A stretch of DNA of 64,000 bases. Source: a virus. The stretch covers positions 1-64,000 of IMG/VR virus record IMGVR_UViG_3300017783_000007. The stretch is one strand, 5' to 3'. The notes beneath the pieces are model-generated. The model did not search any database. It saw nothing but the letters and a program-made list of their open reading frames with translations, and was not told the origin of the DNA. The translations under genes and the position numbers were made by a program. This document shows, one piece after another, positions 18,931-29,711 of this stretch; position 1 is the first letter of the stretch, and every line of letters starts with the position of its first letter.

Positions 18931-19759
18931 TTTTTCAGAGAAAGTAAATAATAAAAATCCAAATTGTGCATTAATAGTAGACGCACTTAATTTAGCTTTT
19001 AGATGGAAGCACCAAGGTCGAACAGACTTCCGGTATGAATACCAGCGAACTGTAGAGTCCTTAGCTCGCTCTTATGATTGTGAAAAAATTATAATGACGG
19101 CAGACTGGGGCTCTTCTAGCTACAGAAAACAAATTAGTCCTGACTATAAACAGAATAGAAAGGATAAGTTCGCAGATCAATCCGAGGAGGAAAAGATAGC
19201 GTTTGAAGAGTTTTTTGAAGAATATGAAGAGTCTTTAGCTTTATTAAAAGAAGAATACCCCCTACTACGATTTAGGGGGGTGGAGGCTGATGATATAGCG
19301 GCCCATCTGGTTAAAGAAAGGGAGCGATACGGTTTGGAGTATATTTGGTTAATTTCCAGTGACCGAGACTGGGATTTACTAATACAAGAGAATGTAGGAA
19401 GATTTTCCTATGTAACTCGAAAAGAAGTGACGTTAGAAAACTGGAGTACACACTATGATGTAACCCCAGAAGAGTATATTTCACTGAAGTGCCTTACTGG
19501 AGATAAAGGGGATAATGTTCCTGGTATTCCAGGTATTGGACCAAAAAGAGCGTTGGGGTTAATTAAGGAGTATGGAGATGCCTTAAATATTTATGATGCT
19601 TGCCCTATCCCAGGGAGGTATAAATATATTGAGTCATTGAATGAAAATTATGAGCAAATAGCCCAAAATTACGAATTGATGGATTTAATTACATATTGCG
19701 ATGATGCAATTGGGGCTGATAATATATCAGAAATAAGGAGTTTGCTCGATGCAGCTTAG
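18920..19759 (+). CDS. T5 D15-like 5'-3' flap endonuclease
   Basis: VDALNLAFR, YKQNR, EADD, SSDRDW, GDKGDNVPGIPGIGPK. Confidence 0.93.
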   Translation: MAFNFSEKVNNKNPNCALIVDALNLAFRWKHQGRTDFRYEYQRTVESLARSYDCEKIIMTADWGSSSYRKQISPDYKQNRKDKFADQSEEEKIAFEEFFEEYEESLALLKEEYPLLRFRGVEADDIAAHLVKERERYGLEYIWLISSDRDWDLLIQENVGRFSYVTRKEVTLENWSTHYDVTPEEYISLKCLTGDKGDNVPGIPGIGPKRALGLIKEYGDALNIYDACPIPGRYKYIESLNENYEQIAQNYELMDLITYCDDAIGADNISEIRSLLDAA

Positions 19760-21518
19760 TTATAATAGAGATAAGTATCTTTCTGAATTTAGTATAAAAA
19801 CTTTGGAAGATAGATATTTAGTAGATGGAGAGTCTTCTCCTCAAGATGCATTTGCTCGCGCTGCCAAAGCATTCGCAGATAATGATGCACACGCGCAGAG
19901 ATTATATGACTACGCTAGTAAGCTGTGGTTTATGTTTTCTACGCCTATTCTATCGAATGGGGGTACAAAAAGAGGTATGCCTATCAGTTGCTTTCTGAAC
20001 TATGTTGATGATAGTAGAGAGGGTATTACCGATCATTATACCGAGAACGCATATCTATCTTCAGTAGGTGGCGGAGTCGGCGGATGTTGGAACGGGGTCC
20101 GGAGTGTAGGCTCGAAAACGAGCAACGGCTCCGAAAGCACGGGAGTAATTCCGTTTCTAAAAGTAGTGGATGCTGAAATGCTAGCATTCTCACAGGGTGT
20201 AACACGAAGAGGAAGCTATGCAGCATATCTTGACATCTCTCACCCAGAAATTGAAGAGTTTCTGGATATTCGTAAACCTACAGGTGGTGATATTAACAGA
20301 AAGTCTGTTAATCTTCATCATGGCGTCCTTATATCTGACAAATTTATGGAATTGATTGAGAATGCTACGCGCTATGAAGGTTTTGATGATTCTTGGGATC
20401 TAGTAGACCCACATTCTGGTAAAGTTACGAAAACTGTATCTGCAAAGACACTTTGGGTAAAACTTATTCAAAATCGAGTGGAAACAGGAGAACCTTACAT
20501 AATGTTCAGTGATACTGTAGAAGAGGGTTTACCAGAGTTTCAACAGAATTTAGGACTAAGTGTTCATCACTCAAATCTATGTTCAGAGATTACACTTGCT
20601 ACAGATAAGGACCGCACAGCGGTATGCTGTCTGTCTAGTGTAAATCTGGAAGAGTACGATGAGTGGAAAAATGAGCCTAATTTTATTCCTGATCTAATTC
20701 GTATGCTAGACAACGTTATTGAATACTTTGTGCACCATGCTCCAGACCAGCTATCTCGTGCTAAATTTAGTGCGATGAGAGAGCGAAGCCTGGGATTAGG
20801 TGCAATGGGGTTTCATGCTCACCTTCAACGTCATAGTATTCCATTTGAGAGTGCCATGGCAAAAGGTAGAAACTTACAGATGTTTCAGCATATTAAATCG
20901 GAGGCAGTACGTGCAACAAGACAGCTTGCTGAAGAGCGAGGCGAGTGCCCTGACGGAGAAGGCTATGGTGTGCGTAACGCTCATCTTTTGGCTATCGCTC
21001 CTAATGCCAGTAGTAGTATTATCTGTGGTAATACTTCTCCTTCAATTGAGCCTTATAGGGCTAACGCTTTTACTCAGAAAACTAAAAGTGGCTCTAGTCT
21101 ACTTAAAAACGAGTATCTTGAAAATGTTTTACAAGACTTAGACCAAGATACGGAAGAAGTATGGAAGAGTATTGTAACCAATGGTGGTTCAGTACAACAT
21201 CTAGACTTTTTAGATGATTGGAATAAAGATGTATTTAAAACGGCTGTTGAGCTAGACCAACGATGGGTAATCGAAATGGCAGCAGACAGACAAGAGTATA
21301 TTTGCCAGAGTCAATCGCTAAATGTATTCTTTCCTGCAAATGTATCTAAACAGGAACTTCACGCCACTCATATGATGGCTTGGAAAAGAGGAGTGAAAAC
21401 TCTTTACTATCTACGCAGCGAGGCGTATAAGAGAGCGGAAAACGTTTCAGACGAAGCTCTGCGAAGACAAATCTTTGAAAGTATTGACGACGATGGTTGT
21501 CTGGCGTGTGAGGGATAA
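19749..21518 (+). CDS. nrdA: Class I ribonucleotide reductase alpha subunit (short, no apparent ATP cone)
   Basis: PISCF, NLCSEI, CCLSS, LGLG.MG, APNASSS, KTLYY, C-terminal CLAC. Confidence 0.95.
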   Translation: MQLSYNRDKYLSEFSIKTLEDRYLVDGESSPQDAFARAAKAFADNDAHAQRLYDYASKLWFMFSTPILSNGGTKRGMPISCFLNYVDDSREGITDHYTENAYLSSVGGGVGGCWNGVRSVGSKTSNGSESTGVIPFLKVVDAEMLAFSQGVTRRGSYAAYLDISHPEIEEFLDIRKPTGGDINRKSVNLHHGVLISDKFMELIENATRYEGFDDSWDLVDPHSGKVTKTVSAKTLWVKLIQNRVETGEPYIMFSDTVEEGLPEFQQNLGLSVHHSNLCSEITLATDKDRTAVCCLSSVNLEEYDEWKNEPNFIPDLIRMLDNVIEYFVHHAPDQLSRAKFSAMRERSLGLGAMGFHAHLQRHSIPFESAMAKGRNLQMFQHIKSEAVRATRQLAEERGECPDGEGYGVRNAHLLAIAPNASSSIICGNTSPSIEPYRANAFTQKTKSGSSLLKNEYLENVLQDLDQDTEEVWKSIVTNGGSVQHLDFLDDWNKDVFKTAVELDQRWVIEMAADRQEYICQSQSLNVFFPANVSKQELHATHMMAWKRGVKTLYYLRSEAYKRAENVSDEALRRQIFESIDDDGCLACEG

Positions 21519-21519
21519 A

Positions 21520-22479
21520 ATGGACTTATTGACAGAAAGAGAATACTACAAACCTTTTAACTATCCGTGGGCTTTTGAGCACTATAAAACTCAACAGCAC
21601 ATGCATTGGCTTCCTGATGAGGTCAATCTAGCGGATGATCTAAAGGACTATAGGGAGAAAATGAGTGATGGAAACCGAAGACTGCTTTCGAGCATCTTTC
21701 GTTTCTTTACTCAAGCTGATGTAGATGTATGTTGTGGATATGCAAAGCACTATCTACCTACGTTTAAGCAGCCAGAGGTGCGAATGATGCTATCTGCGTT
21801 TGCTGCTATGGAGGCAGTACACCAGGAAGCATATTCGTTGCTTTTGGAAACACTTGGGTTCGGAGATGATGAATATCAAAAATTCTTTGAGCACAAAGCT
21901 ATGCTTGATAAGCATGAGCATTTAAGTAACTTTGGAATGGATACACCTATGGATATTGCAAAAACCATGGCTATCTATTCTGGATTTACTGAGGGAGTAC
22001 AGTTATTTAGTAGCTTTGCTATTCTACTGAATTTTCCTCGCCATAACTTGATGAAAGGTATGGGACAAATTGTTACATGGTCAATTCGCGACGAGACCCT
22101 TCATGTTGAAGGAATGTCACAATTGTTTAGAACTTTTATACAAGAGAATCCTGAGTTATGGAATGACGATCTAAAATATGAGATTTACTGTGCCGCAGAG
22201 CGAACAGTAGAACTAGAAGATGCATTTATTGATTTATGCTTTGAAGGTGCTGATGTACCTGAGCTTACAGCAGATGAAGTAAAGGCATACATTCGTTATA
22301 TTGCAGATCGAAGACTCCTAGGACTGGGAATGAAAAAGATCTTTTCAAGCGAAGAAAATCCTCTTCCTTGGCTAGATTATATGTTGAATGGCGTAGAACA
22401 CGCTAATTTTTTCGAGAACCGTGCCACTGAGTACTCGCGCGCTAGTACTACAGGTAATTGGCAAGATATTTTTAAATAA
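21520..22479 (+). CDS. nrdB: Class I ribonucleotide reductase beta subunit
   Basis: FFTQAD, EAVHQEAY (radical Tyr), EG..LFSSF, RDETLH, NFFE. Confidence 0.95.
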   Translation: MDLLTEREYYKPFNYPWAFEHYKTQQHMHWLPDEVNLADDLKDYREKMSDGNRRLLSSIFRFFTQADVDVCCGYAKHYLPTFKQPEVRMMLSAFAAMEAVHQEAYSLLLETLGFGDDEYQKFFEHKAMLDKHEHLSNFGMDTPMDIAKTMAIYSGFTEGVQLFSSFAILLNFPRHNLMKGMGQIVTWSIRDETLHVEGMSQLFRTFIQENPELWNDDLKYEIYCAAERTVELEDAFIDLCFEGADVPELTADEVKAYIRYIADRRLLGLGMKKIFSSEENPLPWLDYMLNGVEHANFFENRATEYSRASTTGNWQDIFK

Positions 22480-22490
22480 GGAACCTTATT

Positions 22491-22712
22491 ATGGCTGAAG
22501 TTGATCAAACTGAAGAAAATCCTGTATTAACCTTCAATGGGACAGAGTATCCTATTGCAGATCTTACAGACGAGCAAAAATACCTTGTAAATCAAATTCA
22601 AGATATTGAATCTCAGTTATCTCCTCTAAGAGCAAAAACCCATCAGCTCACTAGAGCAAAAGATGGATTTGTAACAGATCTAGATGTTTCATTAACACCT
22701 GGAGAGGAGTAA
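22491..22712 (+). CDS. Small acidic coiled-coil hypothetical protein
   Basis: AAGGA RBS; last gene before the terminator. Confidence 0.6.
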   Translation: MAEVDQTEENPVLTFNGTEYPIADLTDEQKYLVNQIQDIESQLSPLRAKTHQLTRAKDGFVTDLDVSLTPGEE

Positions 22713-22739
22713 AAAGAAAGGGGCTTAGGCCCCTTTTTT
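22711..22739. terminator. Bidirectional rho-independent terminator between convergent arms
   Basis: A-tract, GGGGC-TTAG-GCCCC, TTTTTT. Confidence 0.88.
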
Positions 22740-22756
22740 ATTACCATTTTACTTCC

Positions 22757-25573
22757 TTATGATGACCAGGCTGGCATATTTGCGGAGCCTAAAATTCCTC
22801 TATAATAGTCATGTATTTTCTGCATATTAGCTGTAGATAAAACATTATCATACACAATAAGTGCTCTAACATGGTGAGGTTTTCTAAACGTTGCAGAAAC
22901 ATACCCATTAAAGTCTATCCCGCTAGGGAATACAGCCCCTGATATTATAGCAGTATTATACTTAGATTGCTCATGAGCATCAAATGATGTATTTCTATCA
23001 TTCAGGACGGTATTACCGTTAACTCTATGTTCCCGAGTTTCTCCACTATGAGTATTAATTGCTGAAGTTTGACCGGTAGTTGACCCGTCTTGGAGTACAT
23101 AAGCGTAAGTACTCGAATTACTACCATAGCTCCACAAAAGAGTATTTTCTAGTGTAGTTGGTGTGTGATAAATTAAAATAACAGTCTTAGCTTTTCCACT
23201 CCCTGTACCCGAAAGTGCAGTAGGAAATTCAAAGTTTCCTACGCTCTCCCCGCCCGCCGCAAATTGCATTGCAGCTACACTATGAGCGGTTGTGCTAGAA
23301 GAGTATGTTCCACCAGAAAAAGTTATATTGTTACTATTAGAAGAAATATCAGTCCACGTTGTACCTGAGCCCCCATAACTACTGGAGTCTCCAAAGTCCC
23401 AAAATCCTATTAAACCTGATATACTAGTAGGTCCAAAAGATAATGTAAACGTTGAAGAAGCACTGTTAGTTCTTACACCATCAAAAGCCTTAAATCTAGC
23501 AGTAAATGTTCCGCCATTAGACTCATTAGTACTAGGAGTTACTGTGAATGTGCCCCCACTTTGGGTAATTGTAGCTTGAGCTTGATTAGAAGGGCTGGTA
23601 TCATGACTATAAGTCACATCGAACCCTTCTGGATCTGTAGCTGCTACAGTAACAGTAGTTGCTGTGCCGTCCGCTTCTAGTGCGTAGGAAGCTGCGGGAC
23701 TAGTAGTGAATTCAGGCAGTGTGTTTACTCCGCTAAAAATTCTATCCCACTCCGTACCGTCCCAGCCATAAAAAGCTTTCACATCCGTTACAAATGCTAG
23801 GTCTCCACCAGTATTTCCAGAAGAAGGTAGAGCTGCTATGTTTGCATATGTAGTTACACCACCTCCTGGGAGGAGCAGCCCGGCTGCCGCTGCTGCTGCA
23901 ATTTCGCTTTTTACAATTAACTTAGTCGCTGAAACAGCGGTTCCTGCTAATACTGAAGGAGATCCCGCTGTTGTTGACAGTGTACCGTCGTTTTGTATGT
24001 AATAAGACTGCCCGGCAGTTAGCCCAGACTGAGCATCATCTACTGAACCTATAAGTTGAACTGTAGCAGTAGCAGAATTAGCATAGGCCGCATCCGATAC
24101 TCCTATGTAGTTACTTGCTGTAAGATTTGTTGAAGTTGAGGCTGCCCTAGCTGTTTGCTTTACACGAGCTGTTCCACGGTTAGAGTTTCCTCTGTCCCTA
24201 TAAGCGAGTACTACTTTGTTTGAATTTGAGTCAAAAGTTGTACCATAATTATTATCTGATTCACCACTGTTGTATACCTCTGCTGAACCCAGAGTAAGAC
24301 TTGTCCCGCTCACAGTACACTCACGAAGAGTACCGTACCAAGAGTTGGCTACATCTAAGTAGGTAATTACAATTTTATTAGTATTTGAGTCAAAAACAAC
24401 ACTATTATCATACATGCCTCCCGTCGTAATCCCAGTAACTTCTGTTCCAAAACTAATACTGCTACCGCTCACTGTACCTACCCTGATTGCTCCTGCAGCA
24501 GAATTAGCATAATACATTGCTACGACTTTATTTGAGTTTGAGTCAAAACCGAGAGCAATGTCATTAGCTCCATTAGAACTGACACTCACGGCAGTACCAA
24601 AACTAATACTTGTTCCAGATACTGTACCTACAATTGCTTTAGTAGAACGAGAACTATCTGAGTTGTTTCCGTCCACGTAGACTAATACGCATTTATTTGA
24701 GTTTGAATCAAATACAACATCTCCCGCCTTGCTCGCTCCTGTTGTACCGTTATAAAGTACACGACTACCAAAACTAATACTTGTTCCAGATACTGTACCT
24801 ACTCTTACCGCTGCATGGAACCCAGTATTTGTAGAGCTAACGTAAGCAGCTCCTTTATATACATAACAGACTACAACTTTATTTGCATATGAGTCAAAAG
24901 TGATACCCCCTCTATTGGCAAAGGAGGACGAACCTATGTCACTGGTCATATCAGAAATAGGCTCCATAATGGTTGGCGAGCCAAAACTAATACTTGTTCC
25001 AGATACTGTACCTACAATTGCGGTAGCTCGGTCCCTCGAATACGTTGTACCACTGATAGTCTCGGCATGCTTATCCTGATATACAATTACAATTTTATTT
25101 GAATTTGAGTCAAAAGTGATCATAGGCCAGCTAGTTTCTCTTGTATTAAATACCACTTCACTTCCAAAACTAATACTGTTACCGGACACTGTACCTACGA
25201 TTGCCGTTCCGTAGTTACTGTTACCTGCATCCCTATAAGCGAGTACTACTTTGTTTGAATTTGAGTCAAAAGTTGCACTGGCGCCTTGCTGTCCTGTATT
25301 AGCTGTGCTGTCATTAAATACAGTCTCACTACCTAAAGCAGCAGCAATCGCACTAACCTCTGAGCCTGCCACAGCACTTACAGTACCATCAGAGTTTACT
25401 ATAACCATATCTCCATTTGCAAGAGCCCCACTCGCAGTAGCTGTGAGAGTAGGATTCGCTGCTGAACTAGAAGTAATTTTCCATTTTTCGGTAGAACTAT
25501 TATAAGTGTAATTCCTACCATCCGCTGTTATTGTGTCTCCATTACTGGGACTATCTGTAAAGTTAATTGCCAT
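22757..25573 (-). CDS. Fibre/adhesin: N-terminal module, beta-propeller-like repeats, cadherin/Ig-like domain, LamG-like C-terminus
   Basis: FDSNSNK.V..Y...GTVSG.SISFG repeats; DPEGF; WDFGDSSSYGGSGTTWTDIS LamG-like start. Confidence 0.75.
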   Translation of the reverse strand: MAINFTDSPSNGDTITADGRNYTYNSSTEKWKITSSSAANPTLTATASGALANGDMVIVNSDGTVSAVAGSEVSAIAAALGSETVFNDSTANTGQQGASATFDSNSNKVVLAYRDAGNSNYGTAIVGTVSGNSISFGSEVVFNTRETSWPMITFDSNSNKIVIVYQDKHAETISGTTYSRDRATAIVGTVSGTSISFGSPTIMEPISDMTSDIGSSSFANRGGITFDSYANKVVVCYVYKGAAYVSSTNTGFHAAVRVGTVSGTSISFGSRVLYNGTTGASKAGDVVFDSNSNKCVLVYVDGNNSDSSRSTKAIVGTVSGTSISFGTAVSVSSNGANDIALGFDSNSNKVVAMYYANSAAGAIRVGTVSGSSISFGTEVTGITTGGMYDNSVVFDSNTNKIVITYLDVANSWYGTLRECTVSGTSLTLGSAEVYNSGESDNNYGTTFDSNSNKVVLAYRDRGNSNRGTARVKQTARAASTSTNLTASNYIGVSDAAYANSATATVQLIGSVDDAQSGLTAGQSYYIQNDGTLSTTAGSPSVLAGTAVSATKLIVKSEIAAAAAAGLLLPGGGVTTYANIAALPSSGNTGGDLAFVTDVKAFYGWDGTEWDRIFSGVNTLPEFTTSPAASYALEADGTATTVTVAATDPEGFDVTYSHDTSPSNQAQATITQSGGTFTVTPSTNESNGGTFTARFKAFDGVRTNSASSTFTLSFGPTSISGLIGFWDFGDSSSYGGSGTTWTDISSNSNNITFSGGTYSSSTTAHSVAAMQFAAGGESVGNFEFPTALSGTGSGKAKTVILIYHTPTTLENTLLWSYGSNSSTYAYVLQDGSTTGQTSAINTHSGETREHRVNGNTVLNDRNTSFDAHEQSKYNTAIISGAVFPSGIDFNGYVSATFRKPHHVRALIVYDNVLSTANMQKIHDYYRGILGSANMPAWSS
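24150..25330 (-). repeat. About 6-7 imperfect 55-70 aa repeats (propeller blades)
   Basis: CAAAACTAATACT..T.CC...ACTGTACCTA recurs near 24450, 24600, 24770, 24980 and 25165. Confidence 0.85.
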
Positions 25574-25575
25574 TT

Positions 25576-25893
25576 TTATACCTCTATAATGTTAACGCTT
25601 AGAGCAGAATTCCACAATATATCAAGCTGTTTAGCCCACATATTGTAATGCGACTTTATATCTTGTTTATTTTCAGGAAGTTTAGATAAACTCCTTACAT
25701 ATTCTACTGTAAAAGTGTCTAATAATTCTTGCTCAGTATTAAACTTCATTTTTTTAGGCTCAAAAATCCAAAAAACATCTTTAGTTAAACTCTCATCCGT
25801 TTCACTTACTAAGGTTATATTCGCTTGTATATACTTAATAGTATTGTCTACATGATATACCTTAACAGAGTTCCATTGTTCTATAAAATTCAT
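25576..25893 (-). CDS. Hypothetical protein (possible fibre chaperone)
   Basis: GGAG plus ATG at 25893; composition unlike the fibre proteins. Confidence 0.5.
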   Translation of the reverse strand: MNFIEQWNSVKVYHVDNTIKYIQANITLVSETDESLTKDVFWIFEPKKMKFNTEQELLDTFTVEYVRSLSKLPENKQDIKSHYNMWAKQLDILWNSALSVNIIEV

Positions 25894-25895
25894 AC

Positions 25896-26111
25896 TTACT
25901 CCCACGATTCCGGATCTGCTGCTGCAGCTCCGCTGCTATCTGTTGTTCTTGCAGGAAATGGAAGCAAAGTACTCCCAAGAGGTACATCTGCAACGATAAG
26001 ATCTCTTGCTGCGGGAAATAGGCTTCCCGCTAAAAGTAAAGGTGATGGAGGAACCGTTGCAAAAACTATTTCTGTTACTGTAGTAACGCCCCCTTCTATT
26101 GTTAATGCCAT
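25896..26111 (-). CDS. Small hypothetical virion-associated protein
   Basis: AGGAG RBS; tightly packed in the operon. Confidence 0.55.
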   Translation of the reverse strand: MALTIEGGVTTVTEIVFATVPPSPLLLAGSLFPAARDLIVADVPLGSTLLPFPARTTDSSGAAAADPESWE

Positions 26112-26121
26112 GTTTTTTCTC

Positions 26122-27282
26122 CTATGTTTTTTTAATTAAATAATGTCCTAGATCCGGCCGAAGATCTACAACAGGGGCATATACATAATCATTTCCTGAG
26201 ATTGTAACTTCCTCAAATGCAGTTCCAATCCCAGAGGGGGCAAACCAAACATTATTTAAAGTAGAAAAGTCCTTTACATCTGGAAAAAAGCCAGGACCTT
26301 TTATATATAAGGGGAAAACTACTAGTGCTTTTGTGCCGTTCGCGGTATAGGATAATTGGTTGCTATTTTTAAATGAAGCGGTGCCGGACGAGGTGGAGGC
26401 AGCATAAGACATATTCCATTGCATGTCAGTATTGATCTCACCTACGTCAGAGCCAGTAATTGTGCTATTCTCTAGTTTTGCTATACTATAATAGTATCCC
26501 TCGGGGTCGTACGCATTGCCGTTAGTAGAAGCTGTCCATAGTCGTATAGTGCCTCCTTCATTTCCCGCAAGGTGTGTACCAAAGTTACAGAGTTGTGCAA
26601 AATCTCCTGGGCTAGTGTTTCCAAACCAACCTGAATTAGAACTTGATCTATACATTGGCGAAGCCTCACCCGCGTTGTGTTTACTCGCGTCGGATGCAAA
26701 AACAAAAGCATTAGGACACACAGACTGTTTTTGATCTAAAGGACCTTGGGGGCCTTCTAAAATCATAAAAGCTCCCTCTCCGCTATCTATGTAACCCAAT
26801 ATTATAATTCTTTTTGGATCCGCAAAAACTCGTATAGTACGACCACTTGTATACATAGCATGAGAGCTAGCATAAGTACTGTTCGTACCAGAGTACCCCC
26901 AGCTTAAGTTTTCTGTGCTCGTATTTGGATCAAAAATAACCCCCAAACAAAACCCAAAGCTAGTACTATTATAGTATGAAGTACTAGTGTGGGCCCCAGA
27001 GGTATATAAGGCACAATACTTTGGGATGTTGTTTGTAGCAGAAGTACCTTGAAGAATATACTGTGCGTCTGCCGCTGCTATACTACCACTTTGCAAAGAG
27101 TTAGAGCTATGTAAGGCCCAACCACTGTTTGCTCCCGCTGTTAATTCAGAGTCAGCTGTCGTAATAAACTCTAGATTACTTAAAGACGCGCTACCCGAAC
27201 TAGACTCATGAATAATTCTAGTTATATCCCTTACTACTTCTCCATTTGTTGTATTTGAGGGAAATTTTAATTTTGCATACAT
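26122..27282 (-). CDS. Putative virion/fibre-associated protein
   Basis: AGGAG RBS; S/T/G/N-rich; lies in the fibre operon. Confidence 0.6.
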   Translation of the reverse strand: MYAKLKFPSNTTNGEVVRDITRIIHESSSGSASLSNLEFITTADSELTAGANSGWALHSSNSLQSGSIAAADAQYILQGTSATNNIPKYCALYTSGAHTSTSYYNSTSFGFCLGVIFDPNTSTENLSWGYSGTNSTYASSHAMYTSGRTIRVFADPKRIIILGYIDSGEGAFMILEGPQGPLDQKQSVCPNAFVFASDASKHNAGEASPMYRSSSNSGWFGNTSPGDFAQLCNFGTHLAGNEGGTIRLWTASTNGNAYDPEGYYYSIAKLENSTITGSDVGEINTDMQWNMSYAASTSSGTASFKNSNQLSYTANGTKALVVFPLYIKGPGFFPDVKDFSTLNNVWFAPSGIGTAFEEVTISGNDYVYAPVVDLRPDLGHYLIKKT

Positions 27283-27305
27283 TGTATTTTCTCCTGATAT
27301 GCTAG

Positions 27306-28586
27306 TTATGAAAAACTAAATACTAAATATAGGTTGGCACCCGCTGTGCTAGAACCTACCTGTGTTATATTTACGGTTATATAGTCACCTTCCGAAAAAG
27401 TTGTAGTATCACTATTATTAACACTAGAACTAGCTCCGTTAGCAATTGTTATTGTTTTAAACGCGCTTCCTGCGCCATTTTTAATTAAGGCTATAGTAGC
27501 CGCTGATCCAGCGGGTGCAGTATCTACAAAAGCATCTATAAAATCAAGCGTAAAAGAGTCATGCAGATATAGTCGTTTTGATCCTGTATTTACAGCAAGA
27601 GTATCATCATACCTATATGCCTTTACAAAGCCTCCTCCCGCTGATTGGCTTGCCCAACTCAATACTCCACTGCCATTTGTAGTTAGTACTTGATTTGCAC
27701 TTCCGTCAGCATTTGGCCAAGTATGATTGTCTAATACAATGTTTCCTGACCCATCGGGTTTTATATCTATATTACCATTGCCAATAGAAACAATATCTTG
27801 TCCGTTGACATCTAGATTTCCCCCAAGCTGAGGTGTTGTGTCAGCTACTACTGACGCAATACCCCCTGATCCTGTTGAATCTGCTGCGGGCGCCCATTCA
27901 CTCCCGCTCCACTTTAATACTTGACCAGAACTGGGACTTGTAGAGCTTACATTTGTTAAATCTGATAAAACAGCAACGCCTCCTCCACCATCAGGATTAG
28001 CAAATTCAATCCATTGATTACTGCTGCCGTCAGCATAGTAAATATAGGGGGTCAGCTCAGTTGTATCAAACCATAAATCTCCCGAGGAAGGACTGCTGGG
28101 AGCAGTATCAGAAGTAGATACTGAAGCACCTCCTCCTCCTCCACTGCTTTGCGCAGTCCAACTTAGATTTCCAGATCCGTCTGTTTTTAGAACGTAATTT
28201 GCAGTGCCATCTGCAGTAGGCCAGCTCAACCCATCAAGTATAATTTTTCCTGAGCCATTTGGAGTTATAGAAATATTTCCATTGCTAACTGAAACTAGGC
28301 TTTGCCCATTAACGTCTAGATCACCTCCCAGCTGCGGAGTTGTATCTTCAACTAGGGAGGATAAGCCTCCAGAACTTACGGTAGTGAATGTAAAAGAACC
28401 ACTGCCGTTTGTAGTTAATACTTGACCATTTGTGCCATCAGACCCGACATCTGTTAGTGATAGTAAAGTATCGCCGGGGCTTGAAGTAACGTCCCATTTA
28501 CCTGTACTATTACTAAATGTATATGTACGTCCATCAGCTGTAATAGTAGCTCCGTCACTTGGACTGTTTGTAAAATTAACTGCCAT
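27306..28586 (-). CDS. Tail fibre segment protein
   Basis: GQVLTTNGSG, DTTPQLGG.LDVNG and GDLWFD...QWIE fibre motifs. Confidence 0.78.
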   Translation of the reverse strand: MAVNFTNSPSDGATITADGRTYTFSNSTGKWDVTSSPGDTLLSLTDVGSDGTNGQVLTTNGSGSFTFTTVSSGGLSSLVEDTTPQLGGDLDVNGQSLVSVSNGNISITPNGSGKIILDGLSWPTADGTANYVLKTDGSGNLSWTAQSSGGGGGASVSTSDTAPSSPSSGDLWFDTTELTPYIYYADGSSNQWIEFANPDGGGGVAVLSDLTNVSSTSPSSGQVLKWSGSEWAPAADSTGSGGIASVVADTTPQLGGNLDVNGQDIVSIGNGNIDIKPDGSGNIVLDNHTWPNADGSANQVLTTNGSGVLSWASQSAGGGFVKAYRYDDTLAVNTGSKRLYLHDSFTLDFIDAFVDTAPAGSAATIALIKNGAGSAFKTITIANGASSSVNNSDTTTFSEGDYITVNITQVGSSTAGANLYLVFSFS

Positions 28587-28588
28587 TT

Positions 28589-29107
28589 CTATTCTCCAAA
28601 TGTCACTTTTCTGCTAACTACGTTATCAGATTTACTATTTTCTTCTGCAAGTGAAAACTTGTTTGCATTAATTAGACTCTGAACATTTCTCCACGCTGTA
28701 GTATCTCCTTTTACCATATTAAAAGAAGCTGTAGTTGTTCCCATGGTTTCTCTAATTTGTGCTCTTACTGTCTGAAACTCGTCCGTGTACATCCAGGCCT
28801 TGCTATTTTGTGCATCCGGACCTGCTAACCACATACCCCATTCAAAATTTGTTCCTTCAATAGTGCCTGCAATCAAAGCTAAACATCGGGCTCCGGCTCT
28901 TACTGCAACAACGGTTCTTTCAGAGTCTGAAGCGAAGGAGCGATAAAGAGCTAGTGCTGTTTCTCTTTTTTCTTCCTCGGTAGTTGCATTGAACTCGCTC
29001 CAAGAAAAAACACTTTCAGACATAGCATCTTCTTTACAGCCCTCCCATACAATATTAAAATCATCGTTACGAACTTTGTCTATAATATCAATAGTATAAT
29101 TACTCAT
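28589..29107 (-). CDS. Hypothetical protein downstream of the adhesin (possible assembly factor)
   Basis: Start overlaps the upstream gene end; globular charged composition. Confidence 0.55.
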   Translation of the reverse strand: MSNYTIDIIDKVRNDDFNIVWEGCKEDAMSESVFSWSEFNATTEEEKRETALALYRSFASDSERTVVAVRAGARCLALIAGTIEGTNFEWGMWLAGPDAQNSKAWMYTDEFQTVRAQIRETMGTTTASFNMVKGDTTAWRNVQSLINANKFSLAEENSKSDNVVSRKVTFGE

Positions 29108-29711
29108 TAAAATCCACGTCCTTATCGCTTGTGGAGGTTACCCAGTTTCCTAAAGTTGTAGTATAGGCAGAACTGTTGGCCCAGACCCATTTAGTGTTTC
29201 CGTCGCTCTGGGTGTGAGTGGCACTAGAAGAAGTAAGGTTCTGACTTCCTACATCTATAGAAGTAAAAAATCCTTGGGCTCTAGTTCCTGAGAGCACTAC
29301 TTCAAATCCTCTGCCTGATATAACATTTGTTTTTAGGTCTTGTGTTCTGCGTTCTCTCAATACTTTTATAGTTGCTCCATCATATGTAGTCGCACTACCA
29401 CTAGCAATGCTTCCAATAGTTGTTGAGGCAATTGAGTCGTAGCCATGAGTAAGATAGCCATTGCCTCCAGATATAGTAATAGTTACATCAGCAGACGAAG
29501 AAGATGCAGTTCCTTTTGCCGCTCCATGAAAGTTAGACATTTTTATCCTACCCGTTAAGGGAACATTAGTAATAACTCTGCCACTATTTCCTGCAGACAG
29601 ACCAATAATAGTACCTCCTCCATAGTATTCCGAAAAGGATATAGGATTTTCTCCGCCAAATTCCGTCTGTAGTTCGCTAAATTTTAATTGACCTGAAGAT
29701 GCTAAAGCCAT
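29100..29711 (-). CDS. Fibre-tip adhesin-like protein
   Basis: MALASSGQLKFSELQTEFGGENPISFSEYY N-terminus, typical of adhesin genes that follow S74-chaperone fibres. Confidence 0.65.
   Translation of the reverse strand: MALASSGQLKFSELQTEFGGENPISFSEYYGGGTIIGLSAGNSGRVITNVPLTGRIKMSNFHGAAKGTASSSSADVTITISGGNGYLTHGYDSIASTTIGSIASGSATTYDGATIKVLRERRTQDLKTNVISGRGFEVVLSGTRAQGFFTSIDVGSQNLTSSSATHTQSDGNTKWVWANSSAYTTTLGNWVTSTSDKDVDFNE

Noticed and set aside
13-21141. Short - strand and alternate-frame ORFs within replication genes
   Set aside because: Nested in well-supported genes with no independent evidence.
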